NCBI GenBank assembly: GCA_001949185.1 | Contig: BDGG01000001.1 | Coordinates: forward strand, 3,427,324-3,491,323 | Length of the DNA stretch: 64,000 bases | From: Ramazzottius varieornatus | Taxonomy: Eukaryota; Animalia; Tardigrada | Direction: 5' to 3' | Shown here: positions 1 through 14,600 of the stretch, in pieces | How the letters are laid out: each line of letters starts with the position of its first letter | Numbering within the stretch: the stretch's first letter is position 1 | The notes under the pieces: generated by a model | What the model was told of the DNA's origin: nothing | Databases searched by the model: none | Seen by the model: the letters and a program-made list of their open reading frames with translations, nothing else | Program-made: the position numbers and the translations under genes

Positions 1-800
1 AGATAGACGACACGTTACTTTTTCCCGTGGTAGTCCGGCTGGAAGACCGAGCCACGTTGCGCTCAGCGCCATATCTGTTTTTCGGAGGCTTTACGTAAAC
101 TGCCGTATCCTTTTCGATAGCTATGCAAATACCGGCGAGCGTATCCCTTGTATGCTTTGCCCGGTCTTCCTGCCGACTTTTATCTTGCGATGGACATGTC
201 CAATATGAATTGTCTTATTCTCTTACCCGATAAGTATCCTCTGTTCAAACACTGGCCGACTGTGATGTGGTTGTTCTCCTAGAGTTCTGCTCGGCGTCGC
301 TATAAAATTGTGAAGCCTTGCCGATACAATTGGAGGTCAATCACTTTCAAATCGTCGTTATGGCCTTTTTATCGACCCATTCGCAATCTTTATGACCGCG
401 GTCAACCAATGGTCCTCCTGGCTACCGGATTTACTCAAACGACCGCTCCCAACTACAGAGAACCGTTGCGGACCCATACGTCTGGATGGACCATTGATTG
501 CTTTGAACAGGTGGACTGTAGTATGAGTTGGAAGGCTAGGCTCTAGCACAGGCCATGCCGGTTTCCTCCGTACGGAGTTTACTTCCGTTGCCAGATCTAC
601 CTCTTCCAGCTCATACTGCTTCATCGCCTTCACCACAGTACTTCGTGACGACAGAGGACTTATCACGAGCTGCAGGGTCGCAGAAACTGGTACGCTGGGA
701 CCTCAAGCGTGACTGGCGAGGGGGATTCCGTTCACTAAGATATTGTTCAAGTGAGATTCCTTCCTCCTCAGTGACACTTACCGCAGCAATTGAGCCTATT
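1..800 (-). other. Possible spliced gene of unknown function running off the left edge
   Basis: Open frames at 358-666 and 611-892 and plausible minus-strand splice sites near 225 and 300. No recognisable domain. Confidence 0.2.
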
Positions 801-1212
801 AGCTTGTAATTTGGAGACACAATACTCTCCGGTACGTGTGCACATGGTGAAAGGGAATAAGGTAAGGAGCTCAATCCGACGAACTTTCGCAACGCGCATG
901 CCCGTCACACGAGATGTTTAAATTTTAATTCCACAACTACTTATGTACACTCGGAGTTCTGTCCACTATAGGATATTGCAGAAACCGGGAAAGCTATAGC
1001 ACAACCGGGTACTGGCAAACCGATTAAATGGTAAGGCAGCAAATGACACATTGCTGTATTCTCTTCCGCCTTAAACGGTATACATGAACCCTAATACTAT
1101 TTTTGTGCTAAACGCACTGCAGAATCACAGTTGTACTTTCCAGCCTTCGTCGACAAGCAAACTCAAAAGCGGTTAACTAAAGCTCAAATTACAGCAATCA
1201 AAGAAGAAATCA

Positions 1213-4200
1213 CTATGTCGGTTCCGGTCCAGACTGCGGATTCAACGGTACAACGTCTGGCGTCAGCGAGCGCTTTTCCCTACGAAGAATGCCCAGCTGG
1301 TCTTTCGTATGCAACAGGTCCTTGCGTAGCCGTGCATTCTCGTCCTCACGAAGGCATACCGCTGTCATCAGTGCGGAAAGCCGGCGGTTCAAACTGAGCG
1401 TCAGGTCCTCCAACTGGAACACATCCAGCAACGGCACGAGGATCTTTGTTTGTACCGCCGTGTCACACCTTCCATTCACCGCTTCGCAAGACTCGACCTC
1501 CGAGACCATTCGCGCACTTGTTGCCGGCACTGTGGTGTTTAGCGATGACGTAACCATCGCCGTTAGGCTTTGTACGTTTTCAAGAGCTTCCAGAATCAAA
1601 CCTTTCGGGTCTGTTTGGCTCGTTGTCTGTGACACCGGTTCAGGTGTGGGCTCTTTGGAACTTGCGACAGAGATGCCACCTGGCGGTCTGTCAGGTGAAA
1701 TGCGTAGGATATCGGAGACCAGTCTCTTCTTATCTCGCAGAGCCTCTTCCAGCTTATTGTCACTTCTGCGTACTTGCTCTGCAAAAAAATATGATGTGAA
1801 CAAAAATAAAAGTTTTTCCGGCAACGAAACTGGTTTCGCCATTTTTCCCACGAAACGCCTGTCAAGTTGGTGCCGGGCACGGCCTTGGTAGGTCTTTGTC
1901 CGAAATAGGGCAAAATTATCAAACTGGCGCGCTAAATAGCTCCTGAGTATTTGATACTGCACTGAACGAAGAAGTGTGAGCGTACCGTAAGGTGTTACGA
2001 TGGTTAACGTGTCCATGATTTCGAACTTGACGACCACGACGGCGGAAGGCGAAGTCAGAGCCGCCTTCTTTAGTCTATGTTCTGCCTTTGTTCGTTCAAA
2101 CGGACTGGTCGTAGTTCCTTCTCCCTCGTTCCCGTTTCCTTCTTCGAGCTCGTCCCCACTGAGACCTTCCGTCTCGATATCGGGCGACTCCGAGTCTGTG
2201 ATCGAGGGCGAGCTCGACGTCACACTCAATGTAGCGGTCACGGGGAAGTGGTTCATGATCTCCAGAGTGCCAGACAAACCATCCACTGCAGCGCGGATCT
2301 CCTGCATCCAATGCCTCTGCTGACCAGCTGTGGCGGTCCCCAGCTCGTACATTTGTGGGCCGAAGTCGCTCTGGGCTATGAGGAAGAAAGCCCGTGGGTC
2401 CCCGGCCACTTCTTGAACTTTCATACCGTCCAGGTTGAGCACCGGCCACCAGTAGCGGTTGTACTCGCCGGGTCCGCGTTTGTCTGCTGCGGTCGGATTT
2501 GTGTGGAAGCGAAGAAGGAGCTTGTCATCTTGACGCGTGAGGAAGACCAGGCGCTTATTCAGGAGGAGTACTCGCAGGTCGATAGATTTCTGCTTGGATA
2601 TCCTCCAAGTGAGGTCCCCGTCCAGGAACAACCGATAGTCCAACAAGTCCAGTGGCTGACAAAAATAATAAAACAGCTGGAAGAAATACATATTTTAACC
2701 ACGAATTATTTCCGTTGGTTTACCTTGTATGGAATGCCCATTTTGTTGTGAACTTTCTTGTAATGGGACATGTCAATCTTGTCTTGGAGGTCTCGAAGAC
2801 GGTTAAAGTTCGCGCTTTCTTTCACAGCCTGATTGACGAAGTCTAGAATTTCCTTACTGCCATTCAGAGCAATGACGACCTTCTCGTACTCCCTATCATC
2901 ATCTTGCTCGGCTAAAAGGAGAGAATACCGTACTACGTTGTGATATTTCTACGGCGAAAAGAAAGGGAAAAACAACTCGGTTTCTTACTCGATGTATATT
3001 TCAGCAAGCTCTCTAGCAGTAAAGGGTACTTGGTCATTCGCTGCATGCCAGTCGGCAGAAGGTCTTTTAGCTGCAGCCTGCGACATAGCGGGTTGGCTTC
3101 CGCCTCGGCCAAGAACTGCGCCAGTCGCTGGTCCTTCTTCTGCCGAAGCTTCAACGCCTCCAAGCCAGCTGTCTGGTTCCGACAGAAGGCGGCAGCTGCC
3201 ATTTTGAAGCGGTGTCCAGCCTCACCGTCGAAGCGCGACAGCAAGAGGTTCCCCACATTGCCGATCAGAGGCCGAGACTTTCGCATCGCTCTCATTCCTC
3301 GGTTCAGTTCATTGTGCATGCTAATCATTTCGTCCAAGTTGGCGAATACCTGTGAGGCCAACTCGGGCGGCAAGACGTTGTCCCGCGTCATTGGTATGTA
3401 GAAAACCATCCGCAGCACTTTCAAATTTCGTACCTGAGAAAAAGCACCATTAATCTATTACAAATTCCCCAATCATATGTTTCTTGCAGTAATAAAGCTG
3501 AAGCATGAGACTGGAATTCGTCTTCTTGCTACATTGATGTCAGCTGGCGATAGAACTTTCCTGCGGAGCAGTTTCGCCCTTTTTCCGCGATAGTGCTATT
3601 ACGAAATGGTCGAACTGTCAGTCGAACAGGTCTTCTGAACCGTTTTGTAGGAAAAACGGTAGAGTGAACTCGTCAGTTGATCGAGCTGAATAACTCCCTG
3701 GGACAAGCTAGTAAGAAATTTCTTACATGCGTTCGTTCGGTGTGGAAGAGCTCAGCAATGACTTCCTGTCGTTTCCTATTCCTCGCATCCAGCTTCTCGA
3801 ACAGCTGCGGGTTCGGCAGATAAGCCTGCCAGCTCGGAATGTTGTCCGGGTCGGCTTCAAAGTCCGAGTCTTTCTCGGCCAATGCCAACACCTCGGTCGA
3901 CGTGTTGGGGCTTTCGCTCTTGGGGATTGACGTGGTCGAACCCGAGGAACTTTCCGAAGTGCCCACTAGTCGTCCGTTCTGCTTGTCGCCAACTTCGTCC
4001 AGGCTGGTTGAGTCAGACTTCTTCCGCTTATTTCCCTCTTCAGTCGGTGGTTTCCTGGCTGCAGCTCTCAGCGACTCAGAGCGGACGATAGATGGAGAGG
4101 ACCTGCCTGAGTCCAGTTGGTTCGAAGAAGGTATGTGCGTCAGTCTTCCAATACTTGAGCTGTCCGACGTGAAAAGACTATCGGTCGTCGACAATGCGGG

Positions 4201-7200
4201 CGAGTTTTCTTTCTCGTCATGAAGACGTTTCGCAGCCGTGACTACAAAGGAAATAATATTATCCAAAGGGTATATACTAAGTCATCTTCTTAGTCACGAT
4301 AACTTACTGGCGGCTGGACTCTGGTTGCTTCGTTTCCGGAAGCCAAAAAAGTCTTCGAGGGTTCGAGACTTTTTGCCAACGCAGATCTCTTCGACCTTCT
4401 TGGCGCAACCTCGATGCACCACATAGTCGCAGAAGGCACATTGGTACCCCTGAGGTGCACAACCCCATAATATTTCTTTACAGTGGTTACATGGAAGTAC
4501 GAGCGTGCTCATCATGTGTGAGAACTGATGGTTGCTAATACTAACTGCCTTCTTGGTTCTGTCTCTCAATTTATACCTAAAAAGGAAATTTTATTACCAA
4601 ATGATTGCTTCGAAGTGAAGTTAATGGTAAATTGCGAGCTTACTTATTCTTGTCCTTTTGTAAGAGTAATGGCCACCGATCAATGATTGGTGTACCATCT
4701 GATCGGTCTTTGGTCTTCACTCCATACAACTTCATCAAGGACGCCACAACACACCCAATGGCTGCTTGACGATCCGCGCGGTTCTCCGGGTCTTCCGGGT
4801 TTGCTACTGTGATACTCTCCACTGTCTTCCCCAGAATATCACCCACGATAGATTTAGTCTTGTCCACCGACTTCTCAGCTTCGTCAAGCTCCGCGTCGGA
4901 TGGACCGAGGAGAGGGCTGTGGCCGAGGGACCTGCGGTGCTGGAATTCTGTCAGCTGTGTCTTGATAGTGTCAACGGAACGGTTGCGCACGCTATTGAAC
5001 ATGTCACGAAGTTGTCCCTCGTCGCCTTTTTCCAGCAAGTCGTCAACGTGGCTGACAAGTGAGGGAGTATGCTTCACAGCCTCGATCTCCAGTGGAGCTC
5101 CGGGGACCAGGAAGGTCGACAGAAGCTCGTATGCCCAGCGCTGAAGTTCTTTGGAGGTCCCTTTGGCGTAGTGCTCCGTCAAGACGTGAAACAACAACGA
5201 GCTACGATAAAGAATTTTTAGATAAATAATACTTAATTACGCATTTTTTTTTTTATTTGGAAATAAGCGACGAGGAAATATTCAGAGGCTTCTTTAAAAA
5301 TTTATTAATATGAGACCTATGCAAACCAACTCGTTTTGCTGAGTGGCGCACGCTGTCATTTCATAAGACTTGAGACTTGCGCCACATGGAAAATCAGTCT
5401 TGTCGAGTGGGCTTGAATTTTGAAATTTCCTGCAGCTGAAATCTCACTGCGGATGTTCTTTCTAGAAAACAGATTTTGTTTTCGAGGGTAAAGTGATACC
5501 TGGGCTCGGCGTTACTGATTACGTAGTGGATAAAAGTAGCGAGGTGGGGTATGTGGCGCTGAAGGACGAGGTAGCTTGAGAAGGGCCGCTGGGGAGGACC
5601 ATCAAAAGAAGAGTCTTCCCTGGTTGTAGCCTCTACTTGGGAACCGTGGCCAAGGAAGCTTGAAAGACCACTCGAGGATAATGTACGGGAATGTCGACTT
5701 GCACCTCCCTAAAAGCATGCTCCATTAAAACTCTACCGAGTACTGTACATACGGTCTGGAGTGGTAGGTTCTCCAGTATACAGACTACTCAAAGTGTAAA
5801 GAGGTCCCAACCATTACACTGCTTTTAATTATGTAATATTTACCGAACTTGCACCGGCTAATGCAGCCGAAAAAAATGGCGGAGGCAGGCCTAAGCGTCC
5901 GAAAGTTTTTTCGCCGAAGGACGACGTCTGCAACAAGAATTTGCATTGCATAAGATGTCTGTACTCTGTAGCCAAGCCAAGCGAATGTATCTCGGAAACA
6001 AAGTGAGCTATTATATGTAGTCCAATTCAAATAATATTGGCGAACTTGAGTTTACCCGATGCCTTCCGTCAGGCGGCTTCTTTGCATTTGCAGTTAGGTC
6101 CGCGGCGATTTCCGGTCCAACATTAGTCGGCAGACTTCCCATGGAGTGATTGAAGGCGGAAGTATCGGAAGGTAGCGACAACTGTGCAGCTGCGATTGCC
6201 AAAGGCTCGGGAGTTGAGAGCTGCCTTGCATGGTTACTGACAGTGGAACTCCTTCTCGACACCCGACCAGCTGCCGGAGGCACGACATTCTCCACCGGGA
6301 GTGCGGGCAGTGGTCGATCAGCGAAAGACGAGACGGTGGGTCTCAGAGGCTTGTTAGGTCCACCTGTGGGGGATGACGGAGTACTACCGACAGCGTTCCG
6401 CCTCATGGACAGGACGAAGATTTGTTCCTGTAGCTGCTTGACTCGTTTCAGCGCCACGTCAAGGTCGGCCTGCAAGGTCTCGGTGGGGTTGATAGTGAAT
6501 TCTTTGGTGAGCTGGGAAATGCGCTGCATCTCTTGTTCACGCATCAGATTCATCGTCTGTATGCGACTGTCGATGAACAGTACTTGTCGCTCGGGTTCAC
6601 CGGGCGACTTTGGACCATTGACTGCATTCTCAAATGGTGGCGGGACCGGTGGTGGGTCTCCGCCACCTCCTCCATCCCTTGAAGGGTCCGCCGTTTTGGG
6701 AGCTACCTTTCCCAGCAGCGTTAAAGCCACAAAGTTGTTCGCTACAAATCAAAACCTGCAGTTAAACCTCCAAGCAGAACAATGTGATTTCCCAATAACT
6801 ACTATGTATATTCTGCTTCGAAACACTGTAATGTTAGTGAGCAGGTATCCCGGCTTCCCAATTACCGTTGCTTCTGGTCAGTGAGATGGCGGCATACATA
6901 GACTTTGGTCTCTCTAGCATGTGCGTGTGACTGCTACGATAACGTCGATAGTCCTGCCTTGTAACAACCGCCATTTTAGCAAATCAAGATGATAAGATAT
7001 TAACTAGATTCACAATAATTCAGTCATTTATGGAAATCGATCCAGGTGCGCCAGCTTTGCAATAAAGTTCATTGCAACCACGGACTACTGTAGATCAATG
7101 ATAAAGTGTGCAGCTCTAACCGTCGGTGTCTGCTTCATCTAACTACCGATCTCAAACTAAGGCGTTGCCTTTCCGAATCAAACCTATTTAACAATACTCA

Positions 7201-8677
7201 AAAGTTATTGAAGCGTAACGTTCGCACACGAGCTGACTTTCGACTGACATTCTGACAGCCTACGTATCAAGTCTGTCGAAGGTTCTTCAGGTGCGGCTCA
7301 CACTACTGTATATACTGTGACGTCTAATGTTTCTGTTTTTCTCTAAAGGTATGAAAGGAATGAAAAGTATGGATCGTTGAAGCTTTTTCATCCTCAGCAT
7401 CGAAGCGAACCTATGCAGAATATGATCATGCGAGGATCACAGCGCGATATCATAACCGCGTCGCGTGTCGGCCAAATGGAAAAACCGTAGCGAGCTTATT
7501 TACCTTTAATCAAGCGCACTACTTCCGTGTGGTTACTTTGCGTCACCAGGACTTCGTTCACCTGAAAGACAGTCAAGACTTTGTGACTGACAGTTCAGGC
7601 TGAAAGCTCCATGCAAACAAGAACCATATAGAAACTGTACAGCAGGAGGTCGCTTCCGGTGGGTACTGACCTTGATGATCCGATCGCCTTTCTGCACGCC
7701 AGCACAGTACGCTGGACCACCTGCAGTGAGAACAAAGCACAGTGAAGTAGGTCTTCTGCTTGACAGGAATAAACCACATAACAATTTCTTGAGTGGGAAC
7801 TCTGCAAGATTTTTTCCCAAAGTGGCGCACGTTTGCAGTGCTATTGGCTAGGAGCGCGCGCCCCTTGGAAAACGATCTTATCGTGTTTGTTTTCCTAAAG
7901 TCGCGCAAATCCACAGTGTTTTTGGTCGAAAGGGTGCGCCACTTGGGAGAACGTTCCTGTCGAATTTCTTCATCTTGTTCCCAAAGTAGAAAAGGTTCGT
8001 ACCTTTCTTGATGGACTGAACGAATACAGGGTTATCTCCGGAGACGGTCAGTCCATAGCCTTTCTCATCCCGTTGAAAAACGACAAATCGCTGAACTAGG
8101 CCTGTAGCAACATTGGCGGAAATGATTAATTGTGTCCAGAACTAATTTTGATGACACATTTTAACTTGGATGTGCTCCGCAATGTATCTTGCGACAATCG
8201 ACGAAGCTATTGATATTTATCTAAACCTGTCGTAGGATCAAGTCCTGATGATTCACTAACCCAAAACAAGAAAAAAATTCAAATAGCGATAGGATTAACC
8301 ATTCAAAAACAGAAGTGCGGTACATGGACCCGTAGAGATTTTCACGTACGGTAGAGCAACAATAGACCCAACACATCGCCGTAAAATAGCTTTCGTATAT
8401 AGCGCAAAAGCCTGCAGGGATCATGTGCGGAGTTCGTGCCGCTCCCAGTCCAGATCGAATTATCATCATCACAGTAATTAACATAGTCGCTCACTTTTGT
8501 CGTTCTACCCATACGAGAGCAACATCCAAAAATCAGAAACGGCAACCTGCCTTACCTTCATCGGACTCTGTCAATCCTGATGCGATCAGAGGTTTGATTG
8601 GAAGAACCGCCGGAGGGTCCTTGCCTCTACGCAGTCCATTCTGCTGGTTGTCAGCTTTTCCAGTCAGGTGACTAAAC
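1213..8677 (-). CDS. RhoGEF2: Rho guanine nucleotide exchange factor, RhoGEF2/LARG/PDZ-RhoGEF family (PDZ-RGS-like-C1-DH-PH), multi-exon, 5' end unresolved
   Basis: PDZ exons GLVQRFVVFQRDEKGYGLTVSGDNPVFVQSIKK / GGPAYCAGVQKGDRIIK / VNEVLVTQSNHTEVVRLIK (about 7503-8100); RGS-like LQRWAYELLSTFLVPGAPL (4640-5197); C1 HQF..CNHC..CAFC..HRGC (about 4380-4530); DH RQEVIAELFHTERTHVRNL..CRRLQLKDLLPTGMQRMTKYPLLL; PH LFLDGDLTWR..RAFFLI..QMYEL; C-terminal coiled coil, stop at 1213. Exons are bounded by GT-AG. Confidence 0.93.
5341..5393. repeat. Degenerate copy of the GTGGCGCAC palindromic family (RhoGEF intron)
   Basis: AGTGGCGCAC..TGCGCCACATGGAAAA. Confidence 0.5.
7811..7951. repeat. Two tandem units of an about 60-70-bp palindromic repeat family (RhoGEF intron)
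   Basis: TTTTCCCAAAGTGGCGCAC..GCGCGCCCCTTGGAAAACGATCT then TTTTCCTAAAGTCGCGCA..GTGCGCCACTTGGGAGAA. Confidence 0.7.
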
Positions 8678-11600
8678 CTGGAAAGCAAAGGACATTATCG
8701 AGATGATGATCAAAATTTGGTAGGGGAGTCCCAATGCGAAGGACAAAGACTATTTACCACGTCATAATAGGCGCGTAAGTGTACATGATCGAAACCTCAT
8801 TTGGATAAGTGTAAGGCAAGCACATAAGCTTAGAATCATCACGGCAAAGTTACTGATCTACAAAGTAGACTCAAGGTCCCAATAACGGGACTACGAGAAA
8901 CATTCTTGCCTACGGTGCAAGAAAGTATTACCACACTTCAAAGTTACGGTGAGGACCAAAGGTTTGCAAGATCTGGATATTTTGCAAGAAAGAAAATGGG
9001 TGGTAACCGGAACAGTGTGCCACCATTCATCACTGGAAAGAAAGGTGTTACTTTTAATGAGATAACGCTAGCCAATCATTGTCCCTACTTTATTTCGGGG
9101 ATACGGAAGTACGTTCAGGACTCCTTCCCTAAATTTCTCCTCTCGTTACGTAAAGGACCATTCAAACGACCATGCAGATGTGGTGCGGAAGAAGGCGCGG
9201 TCTTGGAATCATTTTGACGACGCAAGGAAGGCAGCCAGCTAACAACTCCCCATATCAGTGCTGCCTTTACCCAACAAGTTTAACGACGTGCCAACTCAAA
9301 CGGGCATCCCAGAGGAAGACATTATTGTCCTTGTTCAATTACCGTCTCGTGGTTGATGCCTGACATAACCACCACGCAACACATCCTTAGGCAGCACCAC
9401 AAAATCTTTGGGCAAAAATCACTATACGCCGCTCACCGCGCACTCAGTCGATTGAGCACCCTCAATGTGGGTGATCCAGGAAGAACCTTCTGGTTAAGAC
9501 TCTCCGTACTCATCTCTCCAGATTCTTATTACCAATCATAAAAGGCAGCAGTTCGGTCCACAGTTCCTCAGTGGAGAAAAGAAAACAGAATGCTGCAAAA
9601 TTCCGAAAATATATTCCTCGGATAAAATTCTCTCTGAACGGAAGTCACCAACATTTGCAGCTTCAGTGTCATATGATACACTAGCATCTGGGTGAGTTAC
9701 GCGTCAACAGGTCGGCACTTTTCTGGGCTATCTTCATGAAGCTAGAAACTAGGTTCAAGGCAATACAAGGCTCCGAAGAAGGACCCATAGACTGAGTTAA
9801 GTTCGCACGCGGCACTATCGCACTCTCGGCAATTTTACAGACAGTGTCTTCTGAGTTAAATATTTACGATTCAGCGATTGGCGTGTCGATTGGGTGTCAG
9901 CTAACTTATCGAATGTTTAGACTGTGATTTGCGACAGAAACAGTAAACCTGGTCCCCAAAATGCACTGTTTACGATGAGCTCAGGGTTCGTAGTCCACCC
10001 TTAGTCATCGCCATTGCCCTTCTCGGTACACGCTTTGTGTCAGGAAGATAGTAACAACTCACAATGTAACTAAAGTGAGATAAGCAAATGTATTATAGAG
10101 AAAGTTCGTGCAGAGATCTGAAAGAGGGACCGCGGCTCGCAGGTAGACATTTAGGCCAGGTGGCGCCACCTCGGGCTCTCCACAAAGTTGCGCTGAAGGG
10201 CTGAGCAGACCTCATGGCGGAAATACGCGTCCGAATTTCGAAGTTCTAATATTAAACGGACAAAAAATACCAAGAAGTTTGTCCATCATTCTCTTCCGCT
10301 GGTCGAAGAAATAGTAAGGAAGTTTATACTGACATGCCATCCCTCTATTACTCTACGGAAGTGCTTCATGAAGTAAAAGGAGACGAAGCGCGAAGCGGAA
10401 AGCCGATACATTGACAAGAGGCATCCACTTGGTAACAGTCTTCAAACTTCCACAAAACGCTTACATAAGACAAATGCTTGAAAAGATTCGATCAACCCGT
10501 TTCCATCATCATGATCAACCTGATGAGAAGTCAATCGAGCAAACTGTCCTCACCTGAAGAGCACGGAACAAGCTCAAATGCGACATGTCACGTCTAAAAT
10601 CCCAAAGTATTATTACCAAAAAGTAGACTCGAAAAATCCATAACTTACATATTTGGTATTGCATTATGATCTCCAGTTTGCGTACAATCAGCTCTTAGCT
10701 TCCTGCCACAAAGGTACACGGTAGCATGAGGCCCAAGGATGGCCGAATATGGAAAACAGATGAGGAGGTCTCGGTGCAAAGCTCAAGTCTTTCGAACTTT
10801 CGCCCGAGTACGCAATAAAAATAGCAGCGGCAATAAACTTGGAAGTTTATAAATTTGTCGGACTTTCCCGGCAGCTAGCAGATGCAGGACATACGAGATT
10901 ACGACATCATCAAATTGAAAATAAAGGAAGAGGCCTGAATGGCGCTCTTTATGGCACTGCTATTCATTGCACGACATGACTGCAAGGCTACACACCAGTG
11001 TCCGCATCCATCAAGGCAAAATCGATGATCTTGCGACGTTTGTGTCATTTTAAATTTTAAACAGGAACCATTCTGCCGATAAAAAGTGAGTCTTCATACT
11101 TCGCCATCAATCATATGCTAATGGAGTTTGAAACGTCTTCCCGTTTCCCAGTGGAGGCTCCATGGCCATGTGCCATAACCAACAAACCAACTCAAATGTC
11201 TCCGCTCCCCATACCGATGTTTTTCGTATCAAAAACGACATTCAGCTGTGGCGCTTCCGCCTGAGATGATACGAACCAAGTGAACCATTCCCGGCTCCTT
11301 CCGCTACGAGAATCAAGCAATGGCGTTTTCAGTCACCACGCGTACTCCAGACGATAAAATTAGATCGGTCCGGCACTCCAAACACAATTTGTTCCAATTG
11401 GCCGAAGAACATGACAGAATTCAAAAACAGGAAAAACAGCTCAATGCTAATTGCATCTGTCCCAAAACATTTCTTGACAATCCGCCCTGGTGGCTAATCA
11501 CCCTCGAGTTCGTATTTGAATTCAACCCAACGGATCATGAAATAACAATGCCTGATCCCAATACAAAAGGTTGGATTACATAAAACCGATCCAAGAAACC

Positions 11601-14600
11601 TAATTTCCGTACAAAACAATTCGAAAGAAAAGTTGTTTTCACTTACGCGGATCAGTTGGGCAGACTCAGGCTATTATCCACGCAAAACACCCCATGAAAA
11701 TTCAGTTTTCCAACTGCATAGACCCAGGTATACTACTAAAGCGAAGCTCTCGAACCTTTCCCAATACACAAAGACAGGGCGTTGTGTCGGCGTAGAAGAC
11801 CTTAGTTCCGGAAGGGAAATGCTTGTAGAACCTGCCAGTCGGGGTTATGAGAGAAGGGAGGCCATGCAGGGTGGCGTGATGAGTTATCCCGACCTGGATA
11901 CGGACGCTGAAGGTCTCCGAGAGCGGAAGATTACCCGAAAAACACACAGCGGATAATTATTATGAGAAAACTGTCGGAGAAGTCACAGAATCGTTTCGGA
12001 AGACTGGTGAGGACGCTCGTCTGGGTCTCGGCTGTACGACTGGCGAGGTCGTAAAGTGAAGATTGTCATCAACATCTCGCACTAATGGAAAGCGGCAGTA
12101 AGGTCTTGGTGGCGGAGTGTGTTGCGCGCCACTTGTGCGTCTGTACTCTTCGGAGAAAGCTCTAGCCTGTCGATACATCGGTTTGTCGGCAGCCAAAAAA
12201 CCATACGCCTGACTTTTCGAACAGGCTAAAGATGTTGCAAGCTCCGCTGATTTTCTTAATCAGAAAAACTTAGTGTCTCTTTCGTCGTATTGTATATATT
12301 TTGGTTTCTTCTTCCACACGCAATACTGCCAGCAAAGAAAGAGAAGTGTAGCGATGTCAGACAGTAACGATTCTGTAGACCGCGAACAACGCCAGTCGCG
12401 TACTTGACGTGTCGTCCGTGTCGACTAGTGAGGACTAAATCTGCCGCCGCACTTTTGACAAGCGACAAAATAATCATAATTGGCTTTCAGAAGATGTACG
12501 CACTTGAACGACGCGAACAGCCGGTGTTTTTCCAACTGCAACTGGCGAGGTGGAGGAATAAAGAAGGCCAGCTGGTAATCTGCCGCTGTTATACTTCTGT
12601 TTCTTGAAGGTCTCAAAGGAACCAACCCGTGCGTGCCGAAGTCGTACATATGATCAGCAAGATGCTATGCGTTCGTCAAGCATAAAAAACGTTGCTCGTC
12701 GTGCGCAGTTTGCTGGAAATGCCGGCGAGCCAGACTACGCAGCGCGCTGACATAATTACATTCCGAGCTCAGAATAATTTGTTTACTTGATCTCCTCGGC
12801 ATTTGAGGACTTGCACGCGGCGGAAAACCGCCTTGTAGAATCAGAGTCCTAACTTCGACATTGAGAAACCCCGCATTTCAAGCTTGCTCGCCACGTGACC
12901 CTAAAGGCGGGAAGTGATCCTTAAGCTGAAGCCATGAAATGCAATCCATCGTACGTTAACCTTGTGTTACTGAAAATCCGCGTATTGTTCGTAGACGCCG
13001 AGAGTTTGGAAAGCCTGTTAGGTCCAACACAACAATTTCAATCGCAAAGCACCGTGTCGAAAGCGGGAGTATTTGCAAAGAGGACCGGCCACATATTTGT
13101 AGAGACTGGCCTGGAATCATATAAGTTGTCTTAAAAAGATCCCAGTGATACTTCGGGGCCATTCGCTCAAGAAAGACGAGGTGGAGAGAGCCTTCGCCGT
13201 GGACAAGTGGCCCATCCTACAGTTTTCAAACAGAGAAAATGTTCGAAGTGGTACGGCAGACCACCTCACAAGTCCCGGGCTGTAACTTCGACTCCTCCTA
13301 GTCCAGTCACGCGAGAACTCATCAAAGAGGATTTAAATGTTCTGTACGTGCCGAACCGAGAAAAAAATTTCAACGAACGTTCGGGGCACTTCAGGATGGT
13401 GTCAGCCGCTATACGCATGAAGAAAGTGGCGCCCTCTCGCGTTGCTACAGTAGATTGGGTTGCATAAAAACAGAGTGCCGCGCGTTCCAGCATCAACTCA
13501 CGGTATCAAGGACGTCTTTTGGTTCTGAACTTGCAAGTTCCCTAGTACACTACGAGTGCGAAAGACATGCCGTTCCAAAACTAGTCAGCATACTCCACAT
13601 GAACCGAGAAAAATTAGGCCCAAACAAATTTAAGCTGCGCAATGGACCGTGTCCTATTGAAAATTACTGGCCAAATATTCAACTTGACAAGCAACGAACG
13701 CTGTTCGCGGTTTAGGTTATCCACACAATAACACTGACAGCATGGGTCTCTGCCAGCGCATGTCACCACAACACCAGCTTCATACTGTAGCACTTCTAAA
13801 TTAGCCGTAATGAATCTCTGACTTCCTGCCAAGTCCAAAATTGAAGACGTTATCGAGCCTCGTATACGTACTGCATGCTCCAACGAGAAAACTTCACAGA
13901 TTATGATCTTGTGACAAATTCCAGTTGCCCATAAAATATTTTAAGATCTTCCGCGTTACATAACCAGAAACCCATCAGCATACAGTACAATCGACACAGA
14001 GTTTCCTCTATTGCAACAACTTCCTCCAACCTGCGATCTGAAGTTTAGTCCGGATGGCAGTTTCGTGTGGACTGCTAGAAATTCTCTTGTCAGAGCAATC
14101 GGGGCTAAAGAATAAAAAGAACTGATTTGAATGCCAGAGATCCTGCCCTGGTTCCCGAAATCGCCGCGCCGATCTTATAGATCTGGCGACCTGTCCTCTG
14201 CGAAGCCGTCAATGGCTCCCATTACTAAATGATCTAGCGATTCAAAGATAAGCTTAGATCTGCAGAAAAACTTCAAACCGGTTGTACACTAATTGTACCC
14301 TGTTGTCACTGGCCGTTTACTCTAATAAGCATACTGTAATGGCTGTAATCATGCAACCCGCAACCGCGAAAACCTCAAGGTCGCGGATCAATCGACTCCG
14401 CGCGTTAACTGAGCGCATACAAAGATTTCTGTCGTATTGTCGAAAACACACTCACCCGTAACTGGAAGAAGCCTTGAGGTTTCCCCGACGATAATCCATT
14501 CGCAACACTATTCTGCGTATCAAACACACATCTAAGCTGCTCTTCGACCGATAAAAGTTCCTCGGTCTTGAAAAGACCGCTGTCACAACTCATGAAGTGC

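Noticed and set aside
1289-6884. Long plus-strand ORFs (1289-1891, 2077-2751, 6150-6884 and others)
   Set aside because: Antisense shadows of RhoGEF exons, with no independent domain or splice support.
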